NCBI GenBank assembly: GCA_963777595.1
Contig: CAVZRE010000010.1
Span: forward strand, 174,772 to 238,771
Source: Terriglobia bacterium
GTDB taxonomy: Bacteria > Acidobacteriota > Terriglobia > Bryobacterales > Bryobacteraceae
Length of the DNA: 64,000 bases
Reading direction: 5' to 3'
The position numbers were made by a program, and so were the translations under genes. This document shows, in pieces, positions 55,834 to 64,000 of the stretch (position 1 is the stretch's first letter; each line of letters opens with the position of its first letter). Under the pieces are notes generated by a model. The model did no database searches. It worked only from the letters and a program-made list of their open reading frames with translations, and was not told the origin of the DNA.

Positions 55834-57735
55834 TCACTTCGGCGACCGCACCACCAGAATCGGAATCTTCAACGCATGCCGGACCGGATTAATCGTATCC
55901 CCGAAAATCAGATCTTTTAATACCCCATGCCCGTGAGCGCCCATTACCAACAAATCGGCCTTGATTTCCTGGGCATACCGCACAATTTCCCGCTTCGGAT
56001 CGGACGAATGCCGGATTGCAGTCTCCACGTCGATGTCATAATGCCGCAGAGACTCCACCACTTCGTCGATATACTCCCGGCCGGCTTCCACTTCCGCCGT
56101 CGACGAGAGTTGGCCGTATACCTGGCTGGTCACGCCTTCCTCCACGTGCAGAAGAAACAGCCGCGCGCCCTGCGCCTTGGCGAGCGCCGCCGCGTGGGAC
56201 AGCGCGTCGCGGTCTAGGCTGGTATGGTCCAACGGCACCAGGATGCGCTTATATTGCATCACCACCAGCGGTACCTTTTGCGGCGGCTCTACCAGGTCGG
56301 ACGCCGCTCCCGCGCGCACCGCACGGCGCGTCAGCGCTGGCTCGAACGTAATCCATAAGAGCAGTAGCGAAACCATCGCGATCGCTGTTCCCGAGACCAG
56401 CCAGATCGTGCCTTCGTAGCGCGGCGCAGCCTTCACCCAGTCCTCCAGGGATTGCTCGATCAGCCACGCATTCGCGCCCACAATCGCTACGGTGCAAGCC
56501 CATGCGCTCAGCTTGACCCATTGCGGGCTCGCAAACACCCCCATCCGGGTTCGATCGCTGGTAAAGTGAACCAGCGGAATGATCGCGAACGGAAGGTTCA
56601 TGCTGAGCACCACTTGGCTGAGAATGAGTAACTGCCCCACCCCCCCGTCGCCCGCGACGTAGATCACCGCGACCGCGGGAAGAATTGCCAGCGCCCGGGT
56701 CACCAACCGCCGCAGCCACGGCCGGACTCGGATGTTGAGAAAACCCTCCATCACAATCTGCCCCGCCATGGTCCCCGTCAATGTGGAGGACTGCCCCGCC
56801 GCCAGCAGCGCGATCGCGAACACTCCCGAGGCTGCTGTCCCCAGTAACGGAGCCAGTAGCAGATACGCCTGCCGAAGATCCGTCACTTCCTGGTGATGCC
56901 GGAAAAACGTCGCGGCTGCCAGAATGAGAATCGCGCAGTTTACCAGCATCGCCCCACACAGCGCCACGGTGGAATCGATCAAATTGTATTTGCAGGCCTG
57001 CCGGTGCGCCGCCTCCGACTTCTCGATGCTCCGCGTCTGCACCAGCGCCGAGTGCAGATAGAAATTATGGGGCATCACCGTCGCGCCCAGCATCCCGATC
57101 GAGATGTATAGCGTCTGGCTATTCAGGTGAGGAATGAGTCCGGCGGCCAGCGTTCCCAGTTCCGGCTTCGCCCAGAAAACTTCGATACCGAAACACACCG
57201 CAATCACCGAAATCAGCGACAGGATCACTGCTTCCATTGCGCGAATCCCCAGCCGTTGCAACGCCAGCAGCAGCAGCGTATCGAAAGCCGTGATCAACAC
57301 CCCGGCCAGCATAGGAAGATGGAAAAGCAGGTTCAGCGCGACCGCCGCGCCCAGGACTTCTGCCAGGTCGCAAGCCACGATCGCCACCTCACAGAAAAGC
57401 CATAAAGCGATGTTCACCGGCCGCGGATAGCTTTCGCGGCACGCCTGCGCGAGGTCCCGTCCGGCCACAATTCCCAGCCGGGCGCTCAGCGTTTGCAGCA
57501 GGATGGCAATTGCGTTCGACAGCACCAGGACCCACAACAAGCGGTATCCAAAGCTGGCGCCGCCGGAGAGATCCGTCACCCAGTTGCCCGGGTCCATGTA
57601 ACCCACACTGACCAGGTAAGCAGGGCCGCCGAACGCGAAAATCCGCCGCCACAATCCGATATGCGACGTGCTGACGCTGCCGTGGACCTCTCCCAGGGAT
57701 CTGGGCGGAGTCTCAGTTTGGTTGCTCGAACCCAC
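55834..57735 (-). CDS. mntH: Nramp-family divalent metal:proton transporter (MntH) fused to a C-terminal universal stress protein domain
   Basis: GTG start. GPAYLVSVGYMDPGNW (DPGN motif) and ~11 TM segments. The last ~145 aa read YKRILVPLDHTSLD...LFLLHVEEG...DLLVMGAHGHGVLKDLIFGDTINPVRHALKIPILVV, a UspA fold with the ATP-binding G-2x-G-9x-G(S/T)-like motif. Confidence 0.85.
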   Translation of the reverse strand: MGSSNQTETPPRSLGEVHGSVSTSHIGLWRRIFAFGGPAYLVSVGYMDPGNWVTDLSGGASFGYRLLWVLVLSNAIAILLQTLSARLGIVAGRDLAQACRESYPRPVNIALWLFCEVAIVACDLAEVLGAAVALNLLFHLPMLAGVLITAFDTLLLLALQRLGIRAMEAVILSLISVIAVCFGIEVFWAKPELGTLAAGLIPHLNSQTLYISIGMLGATVMPHNFYLHSALVQTRSIEKSEAAHRQACKYNLIDSTVALCGAMLVNCAILILAAATFFRHHQEVTDLRQAYLLLAPLLGTAASGVFAIALLAAGQSSTLTGTMAGQIVMEGFLNIRVRPWLRRLVTRALAILPAVAVIYVAGDGGVGQLLILSQVVLSMNLPFAIIPLVHFTSDRTRMGVFASPQWVKLSAWACTVAIVGANAWLIEQSLEDWVKAAPRYEGTIWLVSGTAIAMVSLLLLWITFEPALTRRAVRAGAASDLVEPPQKVPLVVMQYKRILVPLDHTSLDRDALSHAAALAKAQGARLFLLHVEEGVTSQVYGQLSSTAEVEAGREYIDEVVESLRHYDIDVETAIRHSSDPKREIVRYAQEIKADLLVMGAHGHGVLKDLIFGDTINPVRHALKIPILVVRSPK

Positions 57736-57772
57736 TCGCTACCATGTATAGCAGGTTGAAGGCGCCAATCGA

Positions 57773-60700
57773 CTAAAAGGTAAACCGGGCCCCCAGTTGG
57801 ATGGTACGCGGCCGGTTCGCTTGGGTCGAAATCAACCCGAATGCGGCGTTCGTGACCGTCGTGTTCGGCGGTCCGAACGTCGGGTGATTGAAGACATTGA
57901 AAACCTCGAACCGGATCTGGAACACCGTCCCTTCCCTGGGGACGAAGTTCTTGATCAGCGATGGATCGAACTCGTTGATTCCGTCCTGACGCAGGTTGCC
58001 GAAGGTCGTGTCGAATGTCCGGATGTGATACTGCAATTGCTGTGATGCGTTCGTATTGAACGCCGCCGTATTGAACGCCACCGTATTCGTCTGCCGGTTG
58101 TTCAGATCGAGTGCGCCGCCGTTGTAAATGTAATCGCCTGGAGTGGTCGTGCTGCCGTTCGAGAAAACAATCGGCTGCCCCGTCTGGAAAGTATAGACGC
58201 CGTTCAAAAGCCAACCGCCGCCGATCGCGTTCGCCCAGCGCGAGCCTAGATCCAACCGCTTGCCGTGTCCGATCGGCAGTTCATAAACGTAAGCTGCCAC
58301 AAAGCGGTGCGGATGATCATAGGAGGAAACGCGTTTTTCCGGTGCCGGGTCGGTATCGTTCAGGAACGAATCGCGCTCAATCAGCTTCGAGTAAATGTAA
58401 TTGCCAATGATGTTCAGATCCTTCGACAACCGCTTCGTGATATGCACGTTGAGGCTCTCAAAATAGGACTCCCCGATCGAATCGTTGTTGATCAGCACGC
58501 CGCTGCTCTCGCTGCCCGTTCCTGTCGGATACTGCGGATAGCGCGCCAGCAGTTGCGCCACCGAGGTAGTCGTGCCGGTTAAAGAACCGCTCGTGATCAC
58601 TCCGTAGAAAGGGTTCGAAACCGACGACGTCAATGCGTTGATAGTAGTCTGGTCGCGCACCGGCAAGGTGCTCAGATATTGACGTGGAATGCTGTTCAAC
58701 TGTACCGCGTAGATCGGCAGATGCACCGAATGGTTGCCTAGATACACTACCTCGATTACCGTATTCGAGCCCAGTTGATGCTGCACGCCGAAGTTCCAGC
58801 GAATCGAATAAGGATTGCTGACATTGGGATCGAAGACCGACAGAGTCTGCCCCGCGAAAGTCGCCAGACCCAGCTTCGAGCCGACCGGCTGCTGTATCCC
58901 ATTCGGAAATGGATTGCTCAGCGTCGCTGCCGGAGTGAGATAGTTATTGCTTGTCGGATTGTACGCAGTCGTCTGGCTGAAACCCTCTTGCGTCAGAATC
59001 GGATTGGTCGAGTAAGCGCCCGTGATCGCCAGCGACGCGATCGTCACCGGAGAGACAAACATCCCGAACCCGGCGCGTACCACCGTCTTGCCGTGCAGTT
59101 TGCTGGGCGTCCACGCCATGCCGACGCGCGGGCTGAATAAATGCGACGTCGTGTGATAGATCGCGTTATTGCTCGGCGTCGCAAACGTCGGTCCGCCGAT
59201 GACATTGAACGAACCCACCGGAATCTGCGGAATTGGATTCTTGTTATAGTTTGCGATCGCCGCCGCGGCCAGCGGGCTTTGATCGGTCGTATCGAAGCCG
59301 TCTACCGTGCGGCCATACTTCTCGTAATAGGGACTGTCATGATCGAACCGCAGCCCCAGATTGAGCGTCAGGTTCGATCGTGCCCGCCAATCGTCCTGCA
59401 CGAACCCGGCGACATAGTATTCGTAATATGACCCCGCCGCGTTGATGTCGAAGCCTCCGCTCGTGGGCAAGCCGAGCAGAAAGGACGCGAGATCCTGCCC
59501 CGTCACCACGGTCGAGGATGCGTTGCTCGCCGAGCGTACCCACGTATTCGCGGAAAAAGAGTAGTCCCCGGCAGAGTTGCCGTAGTTGGTTGCATTCAGC
59601 CGGTATTGCCTCGCATCCACGCCCGCCCGGATATTATGGTTTCCCTTCATCGTCGACCATGTGCCATAAAACTGCATCGATTGGGAAGGCAAAATGCTCG
59701 CGCTGTTCTGCCCCAGCGCCTGGAACCCCGAATTAGTGCTGAACGCGACATACGGCAGCTGCGGATAAATGGAATTCGCCGCGATATAAGAAGGAAAGCC
59801 GAGTGTCGTCGGATTGAAGCCGGCGGTCGGCGAAGGATGACGCTCATCCATGCGGGTGAAATTCAAGTGAAGATCCAGGATATTCGTCGGATTGATCGTA
59901 ACTACATCATCGAGCATCGAACCCCAGTTGTCCCTCGTCAGTAGCGATGATGTCGAGTTATTCATAAAGTAGTTATTCTTCACCTGGATATAATCCGTGC
60001 GGCGTACGTCGAAAAACAACTTGTTGCGGTCGCTCATGTTGTAATCGAGCCGGCCCATATAGTTGTTGTAGTTATCCGTGGTCGGCACGATACTGCCATA
60101 GTTGTCGTACCCGTCGGCGCGCTGCGGCGCGATGTTAGGCAGCGGATAGTAATTCAACATCGCCAGCGCAATGGGATTCAGCTCACTCGTCGGAATGATG
60201 TTATTCGGATAAGGTGACCGCGTGATCACCGTCCCGTTCTGCACCGCGGTGTAAGGATCGTACAACTGGTAAGTCGAGCCCAGCGCCAGCAGCGACGAGA
60301 AGTTACCCTGACGCTCCGCCGCGGTCGGAACTGTAACGAATGTAGTATTAGGCTGGCTGTCCTTTACCGATTCCCATGCAAAAAAGAAGAACAGCTTATT
60401 CTTGCCGTTATAAACTTTCGGGATAACGATAGGGCCCCCGACCGTCGCGCCGTACTGGTTGAAATGCGTCACTGGATTGGCAAGCCCGGTCTTATTGTTG
60501 AAGAAATTGTTGGCCGTCAATGAATTGGGTTGATTCAGTTCCTGCAGCGTGCCGTGAATCTGGTTGGTGCCGCTTTTCATCACCTGGTTCAGCGTGCCGC
60601 CACCGGTGTGTCCGAATCCCGCGTCCGTATCGAACGCCTTTGCCACCACTTCGAGAACCGCATCGCGCGGCGGACTGTAAGCCAGTCTTCCATCCCATGT

Positions 60701-61306
60701 CGCATCGGGCGAGCCGTTGATCAGAACTTCGTTGGTCTGTGCGGCCGATCCGCCGATCGTGAATCCTACCGCTCCCCCCGAATCGAACGGATGAATGAGG
60801 CCCGGCTGTCCGGTTGCCAAAACGCCGATGGAGAGCGCCGCGAGCGTAATCGGCGTGCCTCCGTTCAACGGCAGATCTTCCACTTCTTTCGTCGTAATCG
60901 CCTGCCCGACGGAAGCATTCTCGGATACTAACAGGGGAGTATCGGCAGTGACATCCACTGTTTGCGCCTGCTCTCCCACTTCGAGTGTGAAGTCGATCAC
61001 CGGACGTTCGCCCGCGCCCAGATGAACCCCATGCCGGTTGACATCCTTGAAGCCCGGCTTCGAAATAGTGATGTCATAGTCGCCGGGTAAAAGCGCGGTG
61101 GCTGTGTAAGCGCCGCTTTCATTGGTGACCAGATCGACTTTTGTATTCGTGTGAGTCTCGGTGACCGTCACCTTCGCCGCTGGGATCGGAGACTTTGTTG
61201 AATCCCTCACCACTCCGGAAATCGTTCCGCGATATTCCTGCGCAAAAGTAACCGAAATCACGCTGAGACAAAGGACGGCAAACGCTGCCGGAAACGCTTT
61301 ATACAT
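57773..61306 (-). CDS. TonB-dependent outer-membrane receptor with N-terminal carboxypeptidase-regulatory-like domain
   Basis: Start at ATG 61306 (MYKAFPAAFAVLCLSVISVTFAQEYRGTISGVVRD). CarboxypepD_reg domain (GVVRDSTKSPIPAAKVTV...GAYTATALLPGDYDITISKPGFK), a plug region and a C-terminal ...IQLGARFTF beta-barrel terminus. 1177 aa. Confidence 0.85.
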   Translation of the reverse strand: MYKAFPAAFAVLCLSVISVTFAQEYRGTISGVVRDSTKSPIPAAKVTVTETHTNTKVDLVTNESGAYTATALLPGDYDITISKPGFKDVNRHGVHLGAGERPVIDFTLEVGEQAQTVDVTADTPLLVSENASVGQAITTKEVEDLPLNGGTPITLAALSIGVLATGQPGLIHPFDSGGAVGFTIGGSAAQTNEVLINGSPDATWDGRLAYSPPRDAVLEVVAKAFDTDAGFGHTGGGTLNQVMKSGTNQIHGTLQELNQPNSLTANNFFNNKTGLANPVTHFNQYGATVGGPIVIPKVYNGKNKLFFFFAWESVKDSQPNTTFVTVPTAAERQGNFSSLLALGSTYQLYDPYTAVQNGTVITRSPYPNNIIPTSELNPIALAMLNYYPLPNIAPQRADGYDNYGSIVPTTDNYNNYMGRLDYNMSDRNKLFFDVRRTDYIQVKNNYFMNNSTSSLLTRDNWGSMLDDVVTINPTNILDLHLNFTRMDERHPSPTAGFNPTTLGFPSYIAANSIYPQLPYVAFSTNSGFQALGQNSASILPSQSMQFYGTWSTMKGNHNIRAGVDARQYRLNATNYGNSAGDYSFSANTWVRSASNASSTVVTGQDLASFLLGLPTSGGFDINAAGSYYEYYVAGFVQDDWRARSNLTLNLGLRFDHDSPYYEKYGRTVDGFDTTDQSPLAAAAIANYNKNPIPQIPVGSFNVIGGPTFATPSNNAIYHTTSHLFSPRVGMAWTPSKLHGKTVVRAGFGMFVSPVTIASLAITGAYSTNPILTQEGFSQTTAYNPTSNNYLTPAATLSNPFPNGIQQPVGSKLGLATFAGQTLSVFDPNVSNPYSIRWNFGVQHQLGSNTVIEVVYLGNHSVHLPIYAVQLNSIPRQYLSTLPVRDQTTINALTSSVSNPFYGVITSGSLTGTTTSVAQLLARYPQYPTGTGSESSGVLINNDSIGESYFESLNVHITKRLSKDLNIIGNYIYSKLIERDSFLNDTDPAPEKRVSSYDHPHRFVAAYVYELPIGHGKRLDLGSRWANAIGGGWLLNGVYTFQTGQPIVFSNGSTTTPGDYIYNGGALDLNNRQTNTVAFNTAAFNTNASQQLQYHIRTFDTTFGNLRQDGINEFDPSLIKNFVPREGTVFQIRFEVFNVFNHPTFGPPNTTVTNAAFGLISTQANRPRTIQLGARFTF

Positions 61307-61453
61307 GGCCCTGTAACTCCCTGCTATGCAGTATTCCACTGGAATCGCATCCTGCCAATTCGCCCGTGGGTTAAAAAGGACAGCTGTAGGTTTTTTTGTG
61401 ACAGACTTTACTCTGTCGGCGTTAAAACAGACCTCAGCCCGTGCCTTGTGCGC

Positions 61454-61481
61454 GATAGCAAGTACTCTAATCGACCCTGCA
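61454..61481 (-). promoter_or_regulatory. Candidate sigma-70-type promoter for the TonB receptor gene
   Basis: On the minus strand, TTGACT (61481..61476), 16 nt, then TAGAGT (61459..61454). This lies just after the upstream stop and ~150 nt before the ATG. It is a pattern match only. Confidence 0.25.
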
Positions 61482-61487
61482 GCGAAG

Positions 61488-62216
61488 TCAATTCTCGGTG
61501 GGAACCTTATCCGCGTGCTCGACAATCAGTGTCTCGATCGGCGCTTTCCGGGATTCCAGCTTGAGCCCTAATTGCTCCTGCAGCGCATTTTGCCAGATGG
61601 TAAATGAGTCGCCGCCTGCCTCTGGCCTGATCTCCACGCTCAGGTCGTAGCTGCCTTCGATCCCTGTCTTATCGATGACAGGGATCGGTGCGCCTCTCGC
61701 GTGTGAGGGAACCGTTGGATCCTCCAGCAAAGGGATCGTCAACTGAATTGCCAGCATACCGGCAAAGTGCGCCATGTCGCCGTGAAATCTAAATCTGCCA
61801 GGAGCTTCTTTGGCTTCTGCTCCGCCCAGTCTGGGACCACCCTTTCCCACCACGAGCGCATAGACCCGGGCCTCATGCATTTCGCTGCGAACCACCAGCC
61901 GGAAGCGTTCCGCCAAGAGTCTTCGAAGCATGAGTCGGATCTGCGCCGTATTCTCCGGTTTCTCCGCCTTGGCATCGATATCGTATTCGGCAATGTCCAT
62001 CCAGGAAGGTCCCCCGGTGATCTGCGCGTACGGAACCTGGTAAGCCTCAAAAATAAGTCGCTTGAGAGTCGCATTTCTGGCGGTAAACCTCTCCGGCTCG
62101 GACGTGATATTTCCATCTTGTCCGGCCGGCGTTTTGCAGCCTTTAATCGAAGCAATCTCAAACGACGGAGACTGCCCGAAGGCGCTGGCGGCCGCGAGCC
62201 ACGCGACCATTCCCAT
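61488..62216 (-). CDS. TIGR03435-family (Solibacter-type) periplasmic protein
   Basis: FEIASIKGCK...FTARNATLKRLIFEAYQV...GGPSWMD...YDIDAKAE...MLRRLLAERFRLVV...VYALVVGKGGP...LESRKAPIETLIVEHADKVPTEN matches the family as I recall it. Start Met 62216 chosen to avoid overlapping the upstream gene. Confidence 0.7.
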   Translation of the reverse strand: MGMVAWLAAASAFGQSPSFEIASIKGCKTPAGQDGNITSEPERFTARNATLKRLIFEAYQVPYAQITGGPSWMDIAEYDIDAKAEKPENTAQIRLMLRRLLAERFRLVVRSEMHEARVYALVVGKGGPRLGGAEAKEAPGRFRFHGDMAHFAGMLAIQLTIPLLEDPTVPSHARGAPIPVIDKTGIEGSYDLSVEIRPEAGGDSFTIWQNALQEQLGLKLESRKAPIETLIVEHADKVPTEN

Positions 62217-62220
62217 AACC

Positions 62221-63057
62221 TCAGACAGTCTGCCGCAGATACTCAAAATCCTCGTCATCCGTGAAGAAATTCCGCCCGCCGCAGTTCATGCAGGTATAAA
62301 CATCCGGCATCCAGCGCCGCCGCACGACTCGTCCCGAACTCCGCAGCAGCCCCGAAGGATCCGCCGAGCCACAGTATATACACACATTCGACCAGGTCGC
62401 AATCTCAGGTACCAGGGCCTCGCCGAAATAGTATGCCCAGCCATAAACGCTCGCCCGCCCATGAAAGACACGGTCGAAGGTTCTTAAAAGCCAGGTCAGG
62501 GTCCGAATCACAGCCTCATTGCCGTTGCCGAAGAGCAGCAGCTTTCGCTGCGGCCGCGTGCGCAGATTCCTGCGATTGAGAAAGGATAATGAAGTGCAAA
62601 GCACCCGAGTCCCCGCATGCTTCAGACCGGTGGCCTCGACAATCCTGCGCGGCACTTCCGACGCGTCTGAAAACGGGTTGACATGTCCGCCGCCGCGTCC
62701 CAGCCACCGGTAGACACGGTCCGTGAAAGTCGATGCATCCGGCACCGCGATGTACACCAGACCCTTCCGGCCAAGTACTCGCGCAATCTCCTTGACACTG
62801 TCGTCGAGCCGCTCGAAATGCTCCAGGCTGTGATTCAGGATCACCGCGTCGAACACCCGCTCAGGGAAGGGCAGGCACGCCGACGAGCACACCACAAATC
62901 CCGGCAAGCCCGGCTGCTGAATCGCAGAACGCCCCGGAGCGTCAAGATCCGCTCTCACTAGCCTCAGCGGAAAACCCGTCGCGTCGAAACTGCCTCGCCC
63001 GCTCCCTAGATCCAAAATCCGCGAACCGGGCGGCAGCCTCCTCAGAATCTGCTGCAT
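62221..63057 (-). CDS. Class I SAM-dependent methyltransferase with C-terminal zinc ribbon
   Basis: Motif I ILDLGSGRG and a Methyltransf_11-like core (AVILNHSLEHF). The C-terminus carries CIYC-N27-CMNC. Confidence 0.75.
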   Translation of the reverse strand: MQQILRRLPPGSRILDLGSGRGSFDATGFPLRLVRADLDAPGRSAIQQPGLPGFVVCSSACLPFPERVFDAVILNHSLEHFERLDDSVKEIARVLGRKGLVYIAVPDASTFTDRVYRWLGRGGGHVNPFSDASEVPRRIVEATGLKHAGTRVLCTSLSFLNRRNLRTRPQRKLLLFGNGNEAVIRTLTWLLRTFDRVFHGRASVYGWAYYFGEALVPEIATWSNVCIYCGSADPSGLLRSSGRVVRRRWMPDVYTCMNCGGRNFFTDDEDFEYLRQTV

Positions 63058-63104
63058 CTGTCAGGTTTCATGACACAGAGTTCAGTCTGTGCCTTACCCG
63101 GCCT

Positions 63105-64000
63105 CTATGTGAATGAGTACTTGTTCGTCTTCTCGTCCCAAAGAATCTTCTTGCTGTTCTTGAACGAGAGAGTCGCCAGATGCCCGGAAATCGCCGCCTG
63201 CTGTCCCACCGGTGGTGGAGCGATCGGCTTCTCTTTGCCCTGCACCGAGCGGATGAAATTGCGGAAATGATTGATCGCCCCATCCGCTTCGTTGAAATCC
63301 GCGCGCCCGTTCAGGTGGATCGGTTTGCGTGAACTGATCGACAACGGGACTGTACCCTTGCTATGCGTAAACGTCTCCGGCGTGAAGTACAGATCCTGCC
63401 GGTTCATCACTTCGATCGTGCCTTCGTTCCCGCACAACTGCTCGCCGAAACCATAATGGTCGTTGCCGAAGTAACAGCTGTAATTCAGTTGGAAGTTGTC
63501 GCCGTATTCGTAAATCGCGCTGAACGTATCCGGAGTGTCCCGATCGTCGTGCCACCGGTAAATGCCCCCCGACGCCATGCACGACATCGGCACCGTCTTG
63601 TTCAGCATGAAATTGACGATGTCGGTCTGGTGCACCAGCAGATCCGTTGAGATGCCACCCGAGTAATCCCAGTAAAGCCGCCATTGAAAATATCTCTCAG
63701 GACTCCAGTCCCTCGTCGGCGCCTCCCCCAGAAATTTAATCCAGTCCGTATTCTTCGGCGTGGCTTCCGCGGGAATCACATATCTCCAGGCAGGGTCGTT
63801 CGGCAGCGAATTTCGATACCAGAACGCCCGCGTAAAGTGAACATCCCCGATCATCCCCTGCTGCACCAGTTCCTTCGCCTTCTTGTAAAGCGAGGAACTC
63901 CGGTTCTGCGTCCCCACCTGGCAAACTTTCCCCGATTCCTCCCACACCTTCACGATCTCGAAGCCTTCTTCGATGGTGTGAGCCAGGGGTTTCTCGACGT
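63105..64000 (-). CDS. Gfo/Idh/MocA-family oxidoreductase (N-terminus beyond the window end)
   Basis: The frame stays open to position 64000. Manual translation upstream of the track start reads VEKPLAHTIEEGFEIVKVWEESGK (EKP motif). The C-terminal domain is typical of the family. Confidence 0.8.
   Translation of the reverse strand, partial: VEKPLAHTIEEGFEIVKVWEESGKVCQVGTQNRSSSLYKKAKELVQQGMIGDVHFTRAFWYRNSLPNDPAWRYVIPAEATPKNTDWIKFLGEAPTRDWSPERYFQWRLYWDYSGGISTDLLVHQTDIVNFMLNKTVPMSCMASGGIYRWHDDRDTPDTFSAIYEYGDNFQLNYSCYFGNDHYGFGEQLCGNEGTIEVMNRQDLYFTPETFTHSKGTVPLSISSRKPIHLNGRADFNEADGAINHFRNFIRSVQGKEKPIAPPPVGQQAAISGHLATLSFKNSKKILWDEKTNKYSFT

Noticed and set aside
57736-57772. Mn-responsive riboswitch (yybP-ykoY) or promoter upstream of mntH
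   Set aside because: Only 37 nt separate mntH from the upstream stop codon. That is too short for the riboswitch.
61333-61345. Perfect palindromes in promoter regions, considered as operators. ATTCCA-C-TGGAAT lies 27 nt upstream of the TonB receptor ATG, and TTAGCG-AA-CGCTAA lies at 12680..12693.
   Set aside because: 6+6 palindromes are expected about a dozen times by chance in 64 kb, and no second copy or known consensus (such as a Fur box) matches.
1-64000. CRISPR arrays, transposases or IS elements, integrases, prophage genes, toxin-antitoxin pairs, restriction-modification or other known defence modules
   Set aside because: I saw no regularly spaced repeats and no ORF with the corresponding motifs on either strand. 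This absence is by eye only and should be confirmed with dedicated tools.

Overview
High-GC chromosomal segment (about 60-65% GC in hand-counted 60-nt samples). The gene content looks like Acidobacteriota: TIGR03435-type and TIGR03436/VWFA-type proteins, PEP-CTERM proteins, a roughly 1180-aa CarboxypepD_reg-type TonB-dependent receptor, and many exported Gfo/Idh/MocA, DUF1080, aldo/keto-reductase and beta-propeller proteins. It resembles Solibacter/Bryobacter, but the taxon cannot be verified here. I call about 60 protein genes (two cut by the window edges), one tRNA-Arg(UCU), one multiply frameshifted gene, and a few repeats and hairpins. Main blocks, in order: (1) Mo-hydroxylase plus GMC oxidoreductase, 1-3.9 kb. 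(2) LPS-core heptosyltransferase operon, 4-6.8 kb. (3) yhaM-like and surA-like genes. (4) tRNA-Arg followed by a low-GC pair of PEP-CTERM genes and two VWA genes, 10.5-15 kb. (5) pyrD, HtrA and HAD hydrolases. (6) An ABC exporter with its own lipoprotein, 22-25 kb. (7) A large secreted alpha/beta-hydrolase-like protein. (8) Exported oxidoreductases plus a cytochrome c-HhH fusion and tandem beta-propeller paralogues, 27.7-34.8 kb. (9) mscL, two metallopeptidases and a nucleoside permease. (10) A third propeller, then a ferredoxin/ferredoxin-reductase pair. (11) The conserved rpmH-rnpA-yidD-yidC-jag-mnmE block, 44.9-49.6 kb. (12) A hybrid histidine kinase. (13) A sugar module of GT4, PfkB kinase and LacD aldolase. 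(14) An MntH-Usp fusion, the giant TonB receptor, and a methyltransferase. I found no CRISPR array, transposase, integrase, phage gene, toxin-antitoxin pair or recognisable defence gene. I cannot point to a convincing novel multi-gene system. The strongest anomalies are: (a) yidC carries seven same-direction +1 frameshifts, while I saw none in any other gene; (b) a 25-nt exact repeat sits inside a covarying hairpin in the 5' regions of both mnmE and rpmH; (c) several unusual fusions or degenerate enzymes occur (cytochrome c-ComEA HhH, MntH-Usp, MscL-zinc ribbon, an HldE-like protein that has lost its nucleotidyltransferase motif). All family names come from motif recognition by eye, not from searches.
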